64,000 nucleotides of DNA from Polyangiaceae bacterium (GTDB taxonomy: Bacteria > Myxococcota_A > Polyangia > Polyangiales > Polyangiaceae): positions 19,169-83,168 of the forward strand of contig JAWKRJ010000033.1 in the NCBI GenBank assembly GCA_041389685.1, given 5' to 3'. Below, one piece after another: positions 1 through 9,315 of this stretch. Made by a program: the position numbers and the translations under genes. The notes beneath the pieces are model-generated. The model saw only the letters and a program-made list of their open reading frames with translations, made no database searches and was not told where the DNA came from. Numbering within the stretch: position 1 is the stretch's first letter; every line of letters starts with the position of its first letter.

Positions 1-562
1 AGGTGACGAAGGCGTCGAAGTCACAAGCGACGAGGAGACCGGCATTGCACTGCGCCAACGCGACCAGCTCGGCCGCCGAGCAGTCGCCGAGCTCCTGCGC
101 GCACTGCCCGGGACATTGGGGGTCGGGGGGGATCCCTTGGCACGTCGTGAGGCCGTCACAGGTGTCCTGGCAGGCGGTCGCGAGCGACGGTGCGCAGGAG
201 CCATCGACGCAGGTCTCGTCCGACGCGCACCCCGTCTCGGCGATGCACTCGACGCAGGTGCCGCTGCCGTTGCACACCCCGAGAGAGCACGGGCTCCCGG
301 CGGGGTGGCTCTCGTAGGCGCAGTTGCACGACAGGCAGCTCGCGCTCGAGCACTCGTCCGAGAACTGCTCGCAGTCCGCGGGCCCCGTGCAGTCACAGGT
401 GCCGGTCCCCGTGCCCGTGCCCGTGCCCGTGCCCGTGCCCGTGCCCGTGCCTGTGCCCGTGCCTGTGCTGGAGCCGCCGGAGCCGTCGTCGCCATCGATG
501 ACGGCGGTCCCGCCGCAGGCCACGAACAAGAAGAAAGCGAATATCGCGGAGTGGGTCTTCAC
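1..562 (-). CDS. Cys-rich exported lipoprotein (partial, 3' end off-window)
   Basis: Absent from the ORF track because it runs off the window. Reverse-strand GTG at 562 gives MKTHSAIFAFFLFVAC (lipobox-like), then a GGSS(TG)n linker and a module with about 22 Cys (CDCTGPADCEQF...CNGSGTCVEC...LAQCNAGLLVACDFDAFVT). Plus-strand ORFs 3..317, 116..604 and 324..641 are Arg/Pro/Val-rich shadows. Confidence 0.6.
   Translation of the reverse strand, partial: MKTHSAIFAFFLFVACGGTAVIDGDDGSGGSSTGTGTGTGTGTGTGTGTGTGTGTCDCTGPADCEQFSDECSSASCLSCNCAYESHPAGSPCSLGVCNGSGTCVECIAETGCASDETCVDGSCAPSLATACQDTCDGLTTCQGIPPDPQCPGQCAQELGDCSAAELVALAQCNAGLLVACDFDAFVT
399..470. repeat. Hexanucleotide microsatellite (GTGCCC-like), 12 units
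   Basis: Read directly: gtgccg gtcccc (gtgccc)x6 gtgcct gtgccc gtgcct gtgctg. It lies inside the minus-strand lipoprotein gene and encodes its (Thr-Gly)n linker. The unit length keeps the reading frame. Confidence 0.9.
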
Positions 563-637
563 GGATTTCAGGCTAGCCCAAAAGACGGGAAACGAAGCAG
601 GTGACACCGCGCGCTGCGAAAAAAGAGGCCCCGCGCG

Positions 638-1093
638 ATGAGTGAAACCGCCGGCGTGCGTCTCAAGGCCATGACTGACTTCGCACGCGAGCTCTACGTG
701 AACCTGCCGGTGAGCGATGTTCCCGCAACCAAACGGTTTTTCGCGAGCCTGGGGTTCGCCTTCGAACCCCGCTTCACGAACGACGACGCGGCCTGCATGA
801 TCTTGGGGGACCACGCCTATGTCATGCTGCTCACACGCCGCTTCTTCGCGACCTTCACGCCGCGCGCCCTGGGCGACCCGGAGACCTCGACGCTCGGGCT
901 CTTCGCCTACAACGTGTCGTCCCGGGCCGAGGTGGATCGGGCCGTGGAGCTAGCGGTGAGGGCAGGCGGGCGGGAGGCGCGTGCAGCGATGGACCACGGG
1001 TTCATGTACAGCCGGAGCTTCTTCGATCTGGATGGGCACCAGTGGGAGGTGCTCCACATCGATCAGGCGCAGTTGCCGGGAGCCGCAGCGTGA
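638..1093 (+). CDS. VOC (glyoxalase/bleomycin-resistance/dioxygenase) family protein
   Basis: 151-aa ORF with GAGG about 11 nt upstream of the ATG. VOC-like sequence ([16 protein letters not shown]...[12 protein letters not shown]). The stop overlaps the next gene's GTG (GTGA). Confidence 0.7.
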   Translation: MSETAGVRLKAMTDFARELYVNLPVSDVPATKRFFASLGFAFEPRFTNDDAACMILGDHAYVMLLTRRFFATFTPRALGDPETSTLGLFAYNVSSRAEVDRAVELAVRAGGREARAAMDHGFMYSRSFFDLDGHQWEVLHIDQAQLPGAAA

Positions 1094-2058
1094 CGGACAT
1101 CACGAGCCTCGAAGACCACCGGCCCGCCCTCACCGGCCTCTGTTACCGGATGCTCGGCTCCTCGATGGACGCCGACGACGCGGTCCAGGAGACGATGTTG
1201 CGGGCGTGGAAGGGCTTCGAGGCCTTCGACGGCAAGAGCGCCGTGTCCACCTGGCTCTACCGCATCGCCACCAATGTCTGCCTCGACCAGCTGCGCTCCC
1301 GCAAGCGGCGCGAGCTCCCGGTAGGTACGGGGCCGGCGGGGACGGTGGACGATGCGCTCGTGAGCAAGCCGCGGAGCCACTGGCTCGAGCCGGTCGCCGA
1401 CGCGCAGGTGCTCCCCCCCGAGGCGAGCCCCGATCGCAAGGCCGAGCTACGCCAGAGCCTGAGGCTCGCCTTCGTCGCCGCCCTCCAGCACCTGCCGCCG
1501 CGGCAGCGCGCCTGCCTTCTGCTCAAGGAGGTGCTCGACTTCTCCGCCGAAGAGATCGCCGAGACCCTCGAGACCAGCGTGGCCTCGGTGAACAGCGCCC
1601 TGCAGCGCGCCCGCGCGCAGCTCGGTCGCGAATCGCACCGGCCGGAGGTGGCGGCTCTGACCGCCGAGCAGAGGAGCACCGTGGACCGCTATGTCGACGC
1701 CTTCCATCGCTACGACGTCGACGCGCTCGTGAGCTTGCTTCGCGAGGACGGGACCTTGTCGATGCCGCCCTACACCCTCTGGCTCCAGGGGCGCGAGGCC
1801 GCGCACGACTGGCTGCTCGGCCGCGGGATCGGCTGTCGCGGCTCGCGGCTCGTGCCCGTCGAGGCCAGCGGCAGCGTCGCCTTCGGGCAGTACCGCCTCG
1901 CGCCGAGCCACCCCTCGCCGGTGCGGGACGACGGCTACCAAGCCTTCTCCCTCATCGTGCTCGAGCTCGATGGCGATCGCATCGCGTCGATGATCCACTT
2001 CCTCGACACCGAGACCCTGTTTCCGCTCTTCGGCTTGCCCCTGACGCTCGCCGATTGA
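1090..2058 (+). CDS. ECF-type RNA polymerase sigma factor with C-terminal NTF2/SnoaL-like extension
   Basis: Region 2 ([41 protein letters not shown]) and region 4 ([43 protein letters not shown]) are followed by an extension of about 140 aa ([30 protein letters not shown]...). Start moved from 1042 to GTG 1090, which overlaps the VOC stop. Confidence 0.85.
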   Translation: MTDITSLEDHRPALTGLCYRMLGSSMDADDAVQETMLRAWKGFEAFDGKSAVSTWLYRIATNVCLDQLRSRKRRELPVGTGPAGTVDDALVSKPRSHWLEPVADAQVLPPEASPDRKAELRQSLRLAFVAALQHLPPRQRACLLLKEVLDFSAEEIAETLETSVASVNSALQRARAQLGRESHRPEVAALTAEQRSTVDRYVDAFHRYDVDALVSLLREDGTLSMPPYTLWLQGREAAHDWLLGRGIGCRGSRLVPVEASGSVAFGQYRLAPSHPSPVRDDGYQAFSLIVLELDGDRIASMIHFLDTETLFPLFGLPLTLAD

Positions 2059-2149
2059 GCGACGCTGGCGGCCCTCGCCGTCGGCCACGTCCTCGCCTGC
2101 CTCGTCGTGGGTATGGACGTTCATCCATCCCGCATTCCAGGAGACGACC

Positions 2150-2581
2150 ATGACCATCAACCGAATCTTCCCGTACCTCAACTTCGACGGCAACGCGGCC
2201 GAGGCGGTCGCTTTCTACGGCGACATCTTCCGCGTGCAGAAACCGGAGGTCACCCGCTTCGCCGACATGAAGGATCACCCCTTCGGCCCCGAGGCGAACG
2301 ACCGCGTGATGCACGCCTGCCTCACGATCGGCAAGGCGACCCTCATGCTGAGCGACGTGCCGCCGGGCATGAAGCTCCAGCGCGGAACGACCTCCAACGT
2401 CATGGTCGACCTCGACGATCTCGAGGAGACCAAGCGCATCTTCGCTGCGCTCGCCAAGGGCGGCGAGGTCAGCATGGATCTGCACCAGTCCTTCTGGGGA
2501 GCGACCTTCGGGATGGTCGTCGACCGGTTCGGCGTGTCCTGGATGCTGGGCGGCCCCAAGGACGAGGCCGCCGCAAGCTGA
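2150..2581 (+). CDS. VOC family protein (PhnB/YjdN-like)
   Basis: 143-aa ORF with AGGAG RBS upstream. Family-typical N-terminus MTINRIFPYLNFDGNAAEAVAFY and C-terminal FWGATFGMVVDRFGVSWML. Confidence 0.8.
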   Translation: MTINRIFPYLNFDGNAAEAVAFYGDIFRVQKPEVTRFADMKDHPFGPEANDRVMHACLTIGKATLMLSDVPPGMKLQRGTTSNVMVDLDDLEETKRIFAALAKGGEVSMDLHQSFWGATFGMVVDRFGVSWMLGGPKDEAAAS

Positions 2582-2587
2582 ACGCGC

Positions 2588-3445
2588 TCACTCCTTGGGC
2601 TTGATGCCCATGGCGGAATGGCAGGGCGCGCAAGTCGAGAGCACCTGCGCATAGACGTCGCCACGCTGCTGGCTCGTTTTCGCGGTCTTGGCCTTGTCGA
2701 CGAGGGAGATGAAGCGGCTCGCGGCGCTCACCGCGTGCACCCCGCCCTTGCTGACCTCGTTCTTGGGGAAGACGTCGGCGCCGAGCGCGTCGACGCCTGC
2801 CTTCCACGCCTCCTCGGAGGGCACGAAGAGGCCCTCCCACATCCGCTGGGTGCCCCAGTGGTGGCGCGCCATGCGCTCCTTCATGGTCGTGCCGGCGGGG
2901 GGCGGGTCGGTGAGCTTCGCCTTGGGCCCGCTCACGGAGGCGTGGCAAGCACCGCAGGCGCGGGCGATGTCTGCGGTGGCCGCGGCCACCTCCTGGAGGT
3001 CCGCGCTCTCGCTGATCCGCCGTGACGCGGCGGTGAGGCGCTGCACCCCGTCCTGCCAGAGCTTGGGCAGGGTCTCGAGGCCCTTCAGATCGGCCAGCGC
3101 CGCCGCCGGCTTGATCGCGTGGCGGATGTCGCCGGCGATGACGGCGTGGCGGATCGCCACCGTCTCCTCGAAGTGGGACCGCATCAGCTTCGCCCGCAGC
3201 GAGCCTGGGGGCGGCGCTTCGGTGTGGTCCGGATCGTGGGCGAGGCTGGGTTGTGCGGGTGGCGCCGGGGCCGGCTCGGCGACCGGCTCGGCGGTCGCCT
3301 CTGGCGTGGCCTCAGCGGGTGTGACCGGCGCGGCGGGTGCCTCCGCCGCCTCCTCGGGCGCGGGTGGCACCGGGGGGGGCGTGGTCGCGCCTGCGCGAGC
3401 CGCGACGACGAGAGCGACAACGGGACCGATTCGATGCACCTTCAT
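2588..3445 (-). CDS. Exported dihaem c-type cytochrome-like protein
   Basis: Signal peptide MKVHRIGPVVALVVAARAGA, a Pro/Ala/Glu-rich linker and two CxxCH motifs (CGACH, CAPCH). Confidence 0.6.
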   Translation of the reverse strand: MKVHRIGPVVALVVAARAGATTPPPVPPAPEEAAEAPAAPVTPAEATPEATAEPVAEPAPAPPAQPSLAHDPDHTEAPPPGSLRAKLMRSHFEETVAIRHAVIAGDIRHAIKPAAALADLKGLETLPKLWQDGVQRLTAASRRISESADLQEVAAATADIARACGACHASVSGPKAKLTDPPPAGTTMKERMARHHWGTQRMWEGLFVPSEEAWKAGVDALGADVFPKNEVSKGGVHAVSAASRFISLVDKAKTAKTSQQRGDVYAQVLSTCAPCHSAMGIKPKE

Positions 3446-3607
3446 GAGGTCCGACCGGTCTCAAGAACTGTGCCATCGAGCGGTCTGGGAGGCGCAGGGG
3501 AACACGCCGTTTTCCCGCGCGAAACCGGCCTTCGCGGGGTTTGGGAGACCGCAAGCCCTGCGCCGTGCGTGCAGGGCCTGCGATGCTCGTCGTTTCGCCG
3601 CGGGGCG

Positions 3608-5320
3608 TCAGAGCGACAGGGCGAGCAGCCCGAAATCGGCCCACGCGTCGATGCGCGCCGCCGCCTCGCCCGCGACCCAGTCGGGCGGGGTGTCGTCGCC
3701 ATCCACGCGCCAAGCGATCTGGTGCAGGCGGAGCCCCACCCCGAACAACGAGCCGTGGTCGAGCCCGTCCTGGATGCTGTCCACGCGGCTCTGGAGCAGC
3801 CACTTCCGGATCCCGTTGAGGATGGGGGTGTTCCCCGTCATGTCGCCATCCGGGAAGGGGGTGACGTCGAGGGCGTCGATCTCGTCGCCCAGGCCGTCGG
3901 CGGCCACGGTCAGGCAGAACAGCTTCTCGTCGGCGCAGGCGTGGTTGAGGTAGAGGCGATCGAGCGCGCCGCTCGGATCTCCGACCGGCCCCACACCCGA
4001 CGCGGAGACGTAGAGATCGAGGTCGCCGTCGCCGTCGACGTCACCGAACGCCGAGTCGGTGCTGGTGGTGACCCGCTCGGGAAAATTCGGGAAGGTCGCC
4101 TCGGCGAAGGTGCCGGTGCCGTCGTTGACGTAGAAGCTGTCGGCTGCCCCCTCGAAGCCGTGTCCGCTGAGGAAGCCACCGGGACCGGTGAAGAAGAGGT
4201 CGAGATCGCCGTCGCCGTCGAGATCCGCAGCGTCGACGTCCGTGTTGGTGGCAGCGTCCGGGGGCAGCGCGCCGGGGGCGTGGGTGAAGGCGCCGGTGCC
4301 GTCGCCGAGGAAGATCTGGTTCACCTCGTTGCGGCTGTTGCCGGCCACCAGATCGAGCAGGCCGTCACCGTTCACGTCGGCGAGGATGGCGCCGCGCGTC
4401 GAGCTCTGGTTCGCGCTCGCGGGGAGGATGGTCAGCTCACGGACGAAGACCGCCTGGCCGGTCTCGACGAGCTGGTTTCGCAGCAGGTAGTTCTCGCCCG
4501 CTCCCACGACCACGGCGTCCTGATCGCCGTCCCCATCCAGGTCGGCCACGCGGAAGCCCTGGGTCTGGTCGATGAACGCCGGCATGCGCGTGTCGGTCTC
4601 GTCGATGAACTGGCCCGAGCAGAGCCCGTCGTTGATGAGCAGTCGGTTCTGCCCGCCGGACGTCGGATCGAAGGGGTTCTCGTTGCCGATGAACATGTCG
4701 GGGTCGCCGTCGTCGTCGACGTCGATGAACTGGACCTCCGAGCTGATCTCCAAGATGAAGGTGACGCCCGGGGCGACGGGGAGCGCCGGAAAGGGCGCGG
4801 TGGGCCGTTGAGGCAGCGTCGCGAGAGTGAAGAAGCCGGTGCCGTCGTTGAGGAACAGCTCGTTGCCACCGGCGATGGCCACGTAGAAGGGCATACCCGG
4901 CGGACCGACGTCCTGAAACAGGGTGAGATTGCTCACCGCGGCGTCGAGGTCGCCGTCGCAATCGACGTCGGCAAACTCGACCTCGGTGCTGTTGGCAGGG
5001 CCGTTCGGATTGACGGCGCGGAACGATTCGTCGGTGAAATGGCCGGTGCCGTCGTTGATGTAGATGCGATGCGGGAATGCGTCGACCGCACCCGAGCCCT
5101 CGGCTTGCCAGACGTCGAGATCACCGTCGTTGTCGATGTCCACGAGCTCGACGTCCAGGGTATCGGCGGCCACGGCGTTGGGATCCGGGAGCGATTGGGG
5201 CGGCAGCCGCTCCGTTTCGTCGACCATCAGATAGGGCTGCGCCGCGAGGCTGGGGGCGGCGACCGTCATGGCGGCGGATGCGAGCAGGATCCGCGACACG
5301 CGCTGAGGGAATAGGTACAT
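3608..5320 (-). CDS. FG-GAP/VCBS repeat (beta-propeller) exported protein
   Basis: At least seven DxDxDGDxD loops (DIDNDGDLDVW, DVDCDGDLDAAV, DVDDDGDPDMFIGN, DLDGDGDQDAVV, DVNGDGLLDLVAGN, DLDGDGDLDLFF, DVDGDGDLDLYV). Start set to the second ATG (5320), preceded by GGAGAG and followed by a signal peptide. The ORF maximum is 5335. Confidence 0.85.
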   Translation of the reverse strand: MYLFPQRVSRILLASAAMTVAAPSLAAQPYLMVDETERLPPQSLPDPNAVAADTLDVELVDIDNDGDLDVWQAEGSGAVDAFPHRIYINDGTGHFTDESFRAVNPNGPANSTEVEFADVDCDGDLDAAVSNLTLFQDVGPPGMPFYVAIAGGNELFLNDGTGFFTLATLPQRPTAPFPALPVAPGVTFILEISSEVQFIDVDDDGDPDMFIGNENPFDPTSGGQNRLLINDGLCSGQFIDETDTRMPAFIDQTQGFRVADLDGDGDQDAVVVGAGENYLLRNQLVETGQAVFVRELTILPASANQSSTRGAILADVNGDGLLDLVAGNSRNEVNQIFLGDGTGAFTHAPGALPPDAATNTDVDAADLDGDGDLDLFFTGPGGFLSGHGFEGAADSFYVNDGTGTFAEATFPNFPERVTTSTDSAFGDVDGDGDLDLYVSASGVGPVGDPSGALDRLYLNHACADEKLFCLTVAADGLGDEIDALDVTPFPDGDMTGNTPILNGIRKWLLQSRVDSIQDGLDHGSLFGVGLRLHQIAWRVDGDDTPPDWVAGEAAARIDAWADFGLLALSL

Positions 5321-5468
5321 CGTCTCTCCATTCATTGGGTATTCGAGGATCGGACCGCCCGCGTTCGAGCCGCCGAATGCCCCATGTGGAGCCCCCCGAG
5401 GAAGCGCGCATTATGGTCGACGAGGTCCGCGATGGCCATGGCGCAAGCACGGCCACGCGAAATGGCCG

Positions 5469-6620
5469 TCAGGCCGGAGCGAGCGCGCCGGGCCCGAGGA
5501 GGTGCGTCCGCCGTCGTCGCCAGAACTCCGCGACGCCGGATTCACGGTGCGAGGTGACGCCCATCATCGGTGAGAGGAGCTGGACGCCCGTCGCCTCGGC
5601 GAGGTCGAGGAGATGGCAGATGGGCTGGTCCCAGGCGTGGAGGGCGAGGTTGAAGGTGCCCCAATGCACCGGCATCAGCGTCTTGGCGCGGACCTGGTGG
5701 TGCACCCGGAGCGCGTTCTCGGGGCCGAGGTGGATCTGCCCCCAGGCCGGGTGCCAGGCGCCGATCTCCACGAGGCTCAGATCGAAGCCGCCGAAGCGCT
5801 CGCCGATTTCGGCGAAGCCCTCGTCCCAGCGGCCCGTGTCCCCCGAGAACCACACCGAGTGCCTGGGCCCGCGGAGGGCCCAGCTCGCCCAATGGGTCAT
5901 GCTGCTGCTGTGGGGGCCGCGGCCCTGGAAATGGCGCGCGGGGGTGGCGGTGACCTCGAGGCCTGCGACCTCGGTGGAGCCCCACCAATCGAGCTCCACG
6001 ATGCGCTCGGGGCGGACCCCCCAGGCCTCCAGGTGAGCGCCGACGCCGAGGGCGGTGATCCAGATCGTGTCGCGGGCTGCGAGCCGCAGGATGGTCGGAA
6101 AATCGAGGTGATCGTAATGGTCGTGGGACACGAGGATCGCGTCGAGCGGCGGCAGCTGCTCGGGCTCGATGGGCGCGGGGTGAAAACGCTTGGGCCCCAT
6201 CCAGGACACCGGCGACGCCCGAGGCCCGAGCACGGGATCGGTGAGGATCAGGCGGCCGTCGATCTCGAGGAGCGTGGTGCTGTGGCCGAGCCAGGTGACC
6301 CTCAGGGCCTCGCCGCGGCCCGGCGCGAGCTCGGCGGGGACGGGGCGCTCGATGGGGAAGGGCTCGCGCGGCTCGCGCTCCTCGCCACCGGCGACGTAGT
6401 GCCAGGCGAGGTCGAGGCTCGGCACGGCCATGGGCGTGTCGATGGCGTTCTTGAAGCGCGTACCGTCGAAGAAGGGCGAGGACTGGACACGCTCGAGCCG
6501 CTCCCCCTCCACCCGGCCCCCGAGCGCGGCGAGCCCGCGCTTGGCGCCGCAGGCACGCCTCCCCGTCACCTGTGCCAGCCCCTCGAACATCGCGTCGTCG
6601 GCCATGTCGCATTGGACCAT
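5469..6620 (-). CDS. MBL-fold metallo-hydrolase (NAPE-PLD-like)
   Basis: HxHxDH motif (VSHDHYDHLD), TWLGHSTTLLEIDG and later conserved His residues. Start trimmed to ATG 6620 (alternative 6605) so it does not overlap divergent gene 6657. The ORF maximum is 6806. Confidence 0.75.
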   Translation of the reverse strand: MVQCDMADDAMFEGLAQVTGRRACGAKRGLAALGGRVEGERLERVQSSPFFDGTRFKNAIDTPMAVPSLDLAWHYVAGGEEREPREPFPIERPVPAELAPGRGEALRVTWLGHSTTLLEIDGRLILTDPVLGPRASPVSWMGPKRFHPAPIEPEQLPPLDAILVSHDHYDHLDFPTILRLAARDTIWITALGVGAHLEAWGVRPERIVELDWWGSTEVAGLEVTATPARHFQGRGPHSSSMTHWASWALRGPRHSVWFSGDTGRWDEGFAEIGERFGGFDLSLVEIGAWHPAWGQIHLGPENALRVHHQVRAKTLMPVHWGTFNLALHAWDQPICHLLDLAEATGVQLLSPMMGVTSHRESGVAEFWRRRRTHLLGPGALAPA

Positions 6621-6656
6621 GAACGAGGGAGGCGAGCGACCTGCTAGATTCGAGCC

Positions 6657-8549
6657 ATGGTCCGCCGCTTCGGAGCTGCCGTCGCCCTGGTGCTCGTCAC
6701 CGGCACGACCCACGCTGCGGCCCAGACCTCGATGCTCTGGGGAGATAAGGGGGAGCTGTGGAGCCCCGCCTCGCGCCTCCCAGACTTCTCCCACGCCGGC
6801 TACCACGGCGGCGCGCGGGCCATCCCCGAGCCGCCGGTGATCGTCGACGTCCGTGACTTCGGTGCGGTGGGAGATGGAGCCGCGGACGACGGGCCCGCGC
6901 TCCAGGCCGCGATCGACGCCGCCGCCCTGCAGGTGAGCGCCGCGAGCCCGGGGGCGGTGTGGATCCCTGCGGGCAGCTATCGCGTGGGGAGCGTCCTCAG
7001 CGTGACGTCGAGCGGCGTGGTGCTCCGCGGCGACGGCGAAGCCACCGAGCTAGTCTTCGACGTGAGCCTCGCCGATCTCTTCGGGCCCTCGGCGACCTGG
7101 TCCTACAGCGGCGGGCTCCTCCGCTTCGACGGGTCCGGGCCGAGCACGGACGTCACCACCGTGGTGGCGGAAGCCGTCCGTGGCGAGCAGAGCCTCGTGG
7201 TGGCCACGACGGACGGGCTCGCGGTGGGCGATCGGGTCGTGCTGCACCTCGAGGACCAGGGCGACAGCTTGGGCACGCACCTCCACGCCGAACAGCGTGA
7301 GCCGGGGACCTGCAGCTACCAGATCCCCCTGACCCTCGACTGGCCGGTGCGGATCGAGGAGATCGACGGCACCACGGTGACCCTCGAGCAACCCCTCCGC
7401 ACGGACGTCCGCACCGCCTGGTCACCGAGCTTGCGCTCGCACGCCTTCCTCGAAGAGGTCGGCGTCGAGCGGCTCCGTATCCGCTTCCCCGACGTCGCCT
7501 ATGCGGGCCACCTCGAAGAGCCGGGCTACAACGCGCTGCTCTTCACCGGCGGCGTGGCGAACGGCTGGGTCGACGACGTGGTGGTCGTGAACGCGGACAA
7601 CGGCGTCATCACCGAGGCGCTGACCAAGCAGATCACGGTGCGGCGCTTGCGGAGCGAGGGCCGCAAGGGTCACCACGGCGCGAATGTCGCCCTGTCGGCC
7701 GACGTCCTGTTCGAGGACTTCGCGCTCGACAGCCCCTTCATCCACGATCTCACCTTGGACCATCGCAGCAACGGCATCGTGTTCTCTCGGGGTGGAGGCA
7801 ACCACACCTTGAACCTCGATCACCACCGCGACTCGCCCTTCGAGAACCTCTTCACTGAGCTCGGCCCCTTCAACTATTCGGTCGGCGGTAATGCCTGCGC
7901 GGGCTCTCCCGTCGGTGCGCGCACGACCTACTACAACCTCGCCCCGCCCATGGACACCCCCCTCCTCTGGGGCGACGTCCAGACCCATGTCATCGGCGCC
8001 CTCCTCGCTGAGGAAGACACCCTGACGGACGGCGCCGAGTGGTACGAGCACCTCCCCCACCCCGATCCGCCCAACCTCTACGAGGCGCAGCTCGCCGCCC
8101 GCTTCTGCTCCGGCCCGGTGGACGCTTGCACCCGTGACGGCTGGGACGTCGACACCCAGAGCTGTCGGCGGGTCGCGCGCGCGGACGGGCTGCCCTGCGA
8201 CGACGGCCTCGCGGACACGGAGGGCGACGCCTGCGACGCTGGGCTCTGCGTCGGCACCACGCCCGCCCCCTCCCCCGACAACGACGCCGCGGACACGGGC
8301 TGCAGCTGCCGGCTCGGCGGCCCCGCGCGTCGTGGTGCGGAAGCGTGGTGGCTCCTCGGCCTCGTCGCGCTCAGCGCAGGAGGACGTCGTCGCGCTCGAA
8401 GATCGCGGTCGGGCCGCAGTGGTAGCGCCGCAGCACCAGGTAGTGGTGGAGCGGGTAGACCTGGGTCTCGGGCTTCATGGAGATCCCCATGCGGCTCTCC
8501 TCGGAGCCCTCGAAGGGCGTCTTGGGGTAGAAGCCGACGATCCCGCTGA
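6657..8549 (+). CDS. Pectate-lyase-superfamily (right-handed beta-helix) exported protein with MYXO-CTERM-like tail
   Basis: Signal peptide, then DVRDFGAVGDGAADDGPALQAAIDAA...VWIPAGSYRV, typical of the Pectate_lyase_3/GH55-like N-terminus. Near the C-terminus is GCSC + WWLLGLVALSAGG + RRRARR, followed by 58 more residues before the stop. Confidence 0.65.
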   Translation: MVRRFGAAVALVLVTGTTHAAAQTSMLWGDKGELWSPASRLPDFSHAGYHGGARAIPEPPVIVDVRDFGAVGDGAADDGPALQAAIDAAALQVSAASPGAVWIPAGSYRVGSVLSVTSSGVVLRGDGEATELVFDVSLADLFGPSATWSYSGGLLRFDGSGPSTDVTTVVAEAVRGEQSLVVATTDGLAVGDRVVLHLEDQGDSLGTHLHAEQREPGTCSYQIPLTLDWPVRIEEIDGTTVTLEQPLRTDVRTAWSPSLRSHAFLEEVGVERLRIRFPDVAYAGHLEEPGYNALLFTGGVANGWVDDVVVVNADNGVITEALTKQITVRRLRSEGRKGHHGANVALSADVLFEDFALDSPFIHDLTLDHRSNGIVFSRGGGNHTLNLDHHRDSPFENLFTELGPFNYSVGGNACAGSPVGARTTYYNLAPPMDTPLLWGDVQTHVIGALLAEEDTLTDGAEWYEHLPHPDPPNLYEAQLAARFCSGPVDACTRDGWDVDTQSCRRVARADGLPCDDGLADTEGDACDAGLCVGTTPAPSPDNDAADTGCSCRLGGPARRGAEAWWLLGLVALSAGGRRRARRSRSGRSGSAAAPGSGGAGRPGSRASWRSPCGSPRSPRRASWGRSRRSR

Positions 8550-9315
8550 GGGGCTCGTACTCGTCGAGCAACCCGAGGTAATGGCCGACCTCGTGGGCCA
8601 CGATGGGAATGGACCAGCCGCTGCGAAAGGCGACGAAATAGGGCGTGCGGCCGCAGCTCCGCCAGAGCGGGAGCCGCAGATCGACCTCCTCGGGGGCGGG
8701 GTCGCCTTGCAACAGGAACTCGAAGTCGTAGTGGATCGGGAGCCGGTCCGCGTCGGCGTCGCGGTTGTAGTAGCCCTCCGCCTCGTCGGACCAGCGGGCG
8801 AGCAGCGCGCGGAGGTTGTGGCGGGTGGCGGGGGCGTCGAAGTGGCCGACGTCGGGGCAGACGTCGAGGCCGGGCGCATCCTGGTAGGCGGTCCCCTCGC
8901 AGGTGACATCCCCCTCGAGGCGCGCCTTCAAGGCGCAGTCGGGGAGCTCGAGCCGTCCCCCTTCCGTGGCGTCGAACACGATGGTGACCATCACGCGCCA
9001 CTCGCCATCGACGGCGCCCACACGGTAGGTGAAGGGCGCCGCGAACATGCCGTAGTGAGGTTGCTGGCCGCGCAGGCGGCGTGTGGCCATGGGCCCGGGC
9101 GGGGGCGAGAGCACCTCGGCCACCGGGGGCATGCAGGGGTAGTCGTCCTTCGCGAGGTGATCGGCGAGGAGGATGCTCTGGGGGATCTCGAGGCCCCGCG
9201 CGTCCTCGCCTCCGAGATCGACGAGCTGCTGGACGAGGACCTGCACGTCCTGGCCCACCGGCAGGCAGCCCGATGCGAGCAGCGCGACGAGCGCGAGGCC
9301 GCTCCTGCGCGTCAC
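8371..9315 (-). CDS. Zinc metalloprotease lipoprotein (HExxH)
   Basis: GTG 9315 gives VTRRSGLALVALLASGC (lipobox). HEVGHYLGLLDEYE is a zincin motif. The start overlaps the cstA stop (GTGA). The ORF-track entry 8371..10443 is extended by out-of-frame read-through of cstA. Confidence 0.75.
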   Translation of the reverse strand: MTRRSGLALVALLASGCLPVGQDVQVLVQQLVDLGGEDARGLEIPQSILLADHLAKDDYPCMPPVAEVLSPPPGPMATRRLRGQQPHYGMFAAPFTYRVGAVDGEWRVMVTIVFDATEGGRLELPDCALKARLEGDVTCEGTAYQDAPGLDVCPDVGHFDAPATRHNLRALLARWSDEAEGYYNRDADADRLPIHYDFEFLLQGDPAPEEVDLRLPLWRSCGRTPYFVAFRSGWSIPIVAHEVGHYLGLLDEYEPLSGIVGFYPKTPFEGSEESRMGISMKPETQVYPLHHYLVLRRYHCGPTAIFERDDVLLR

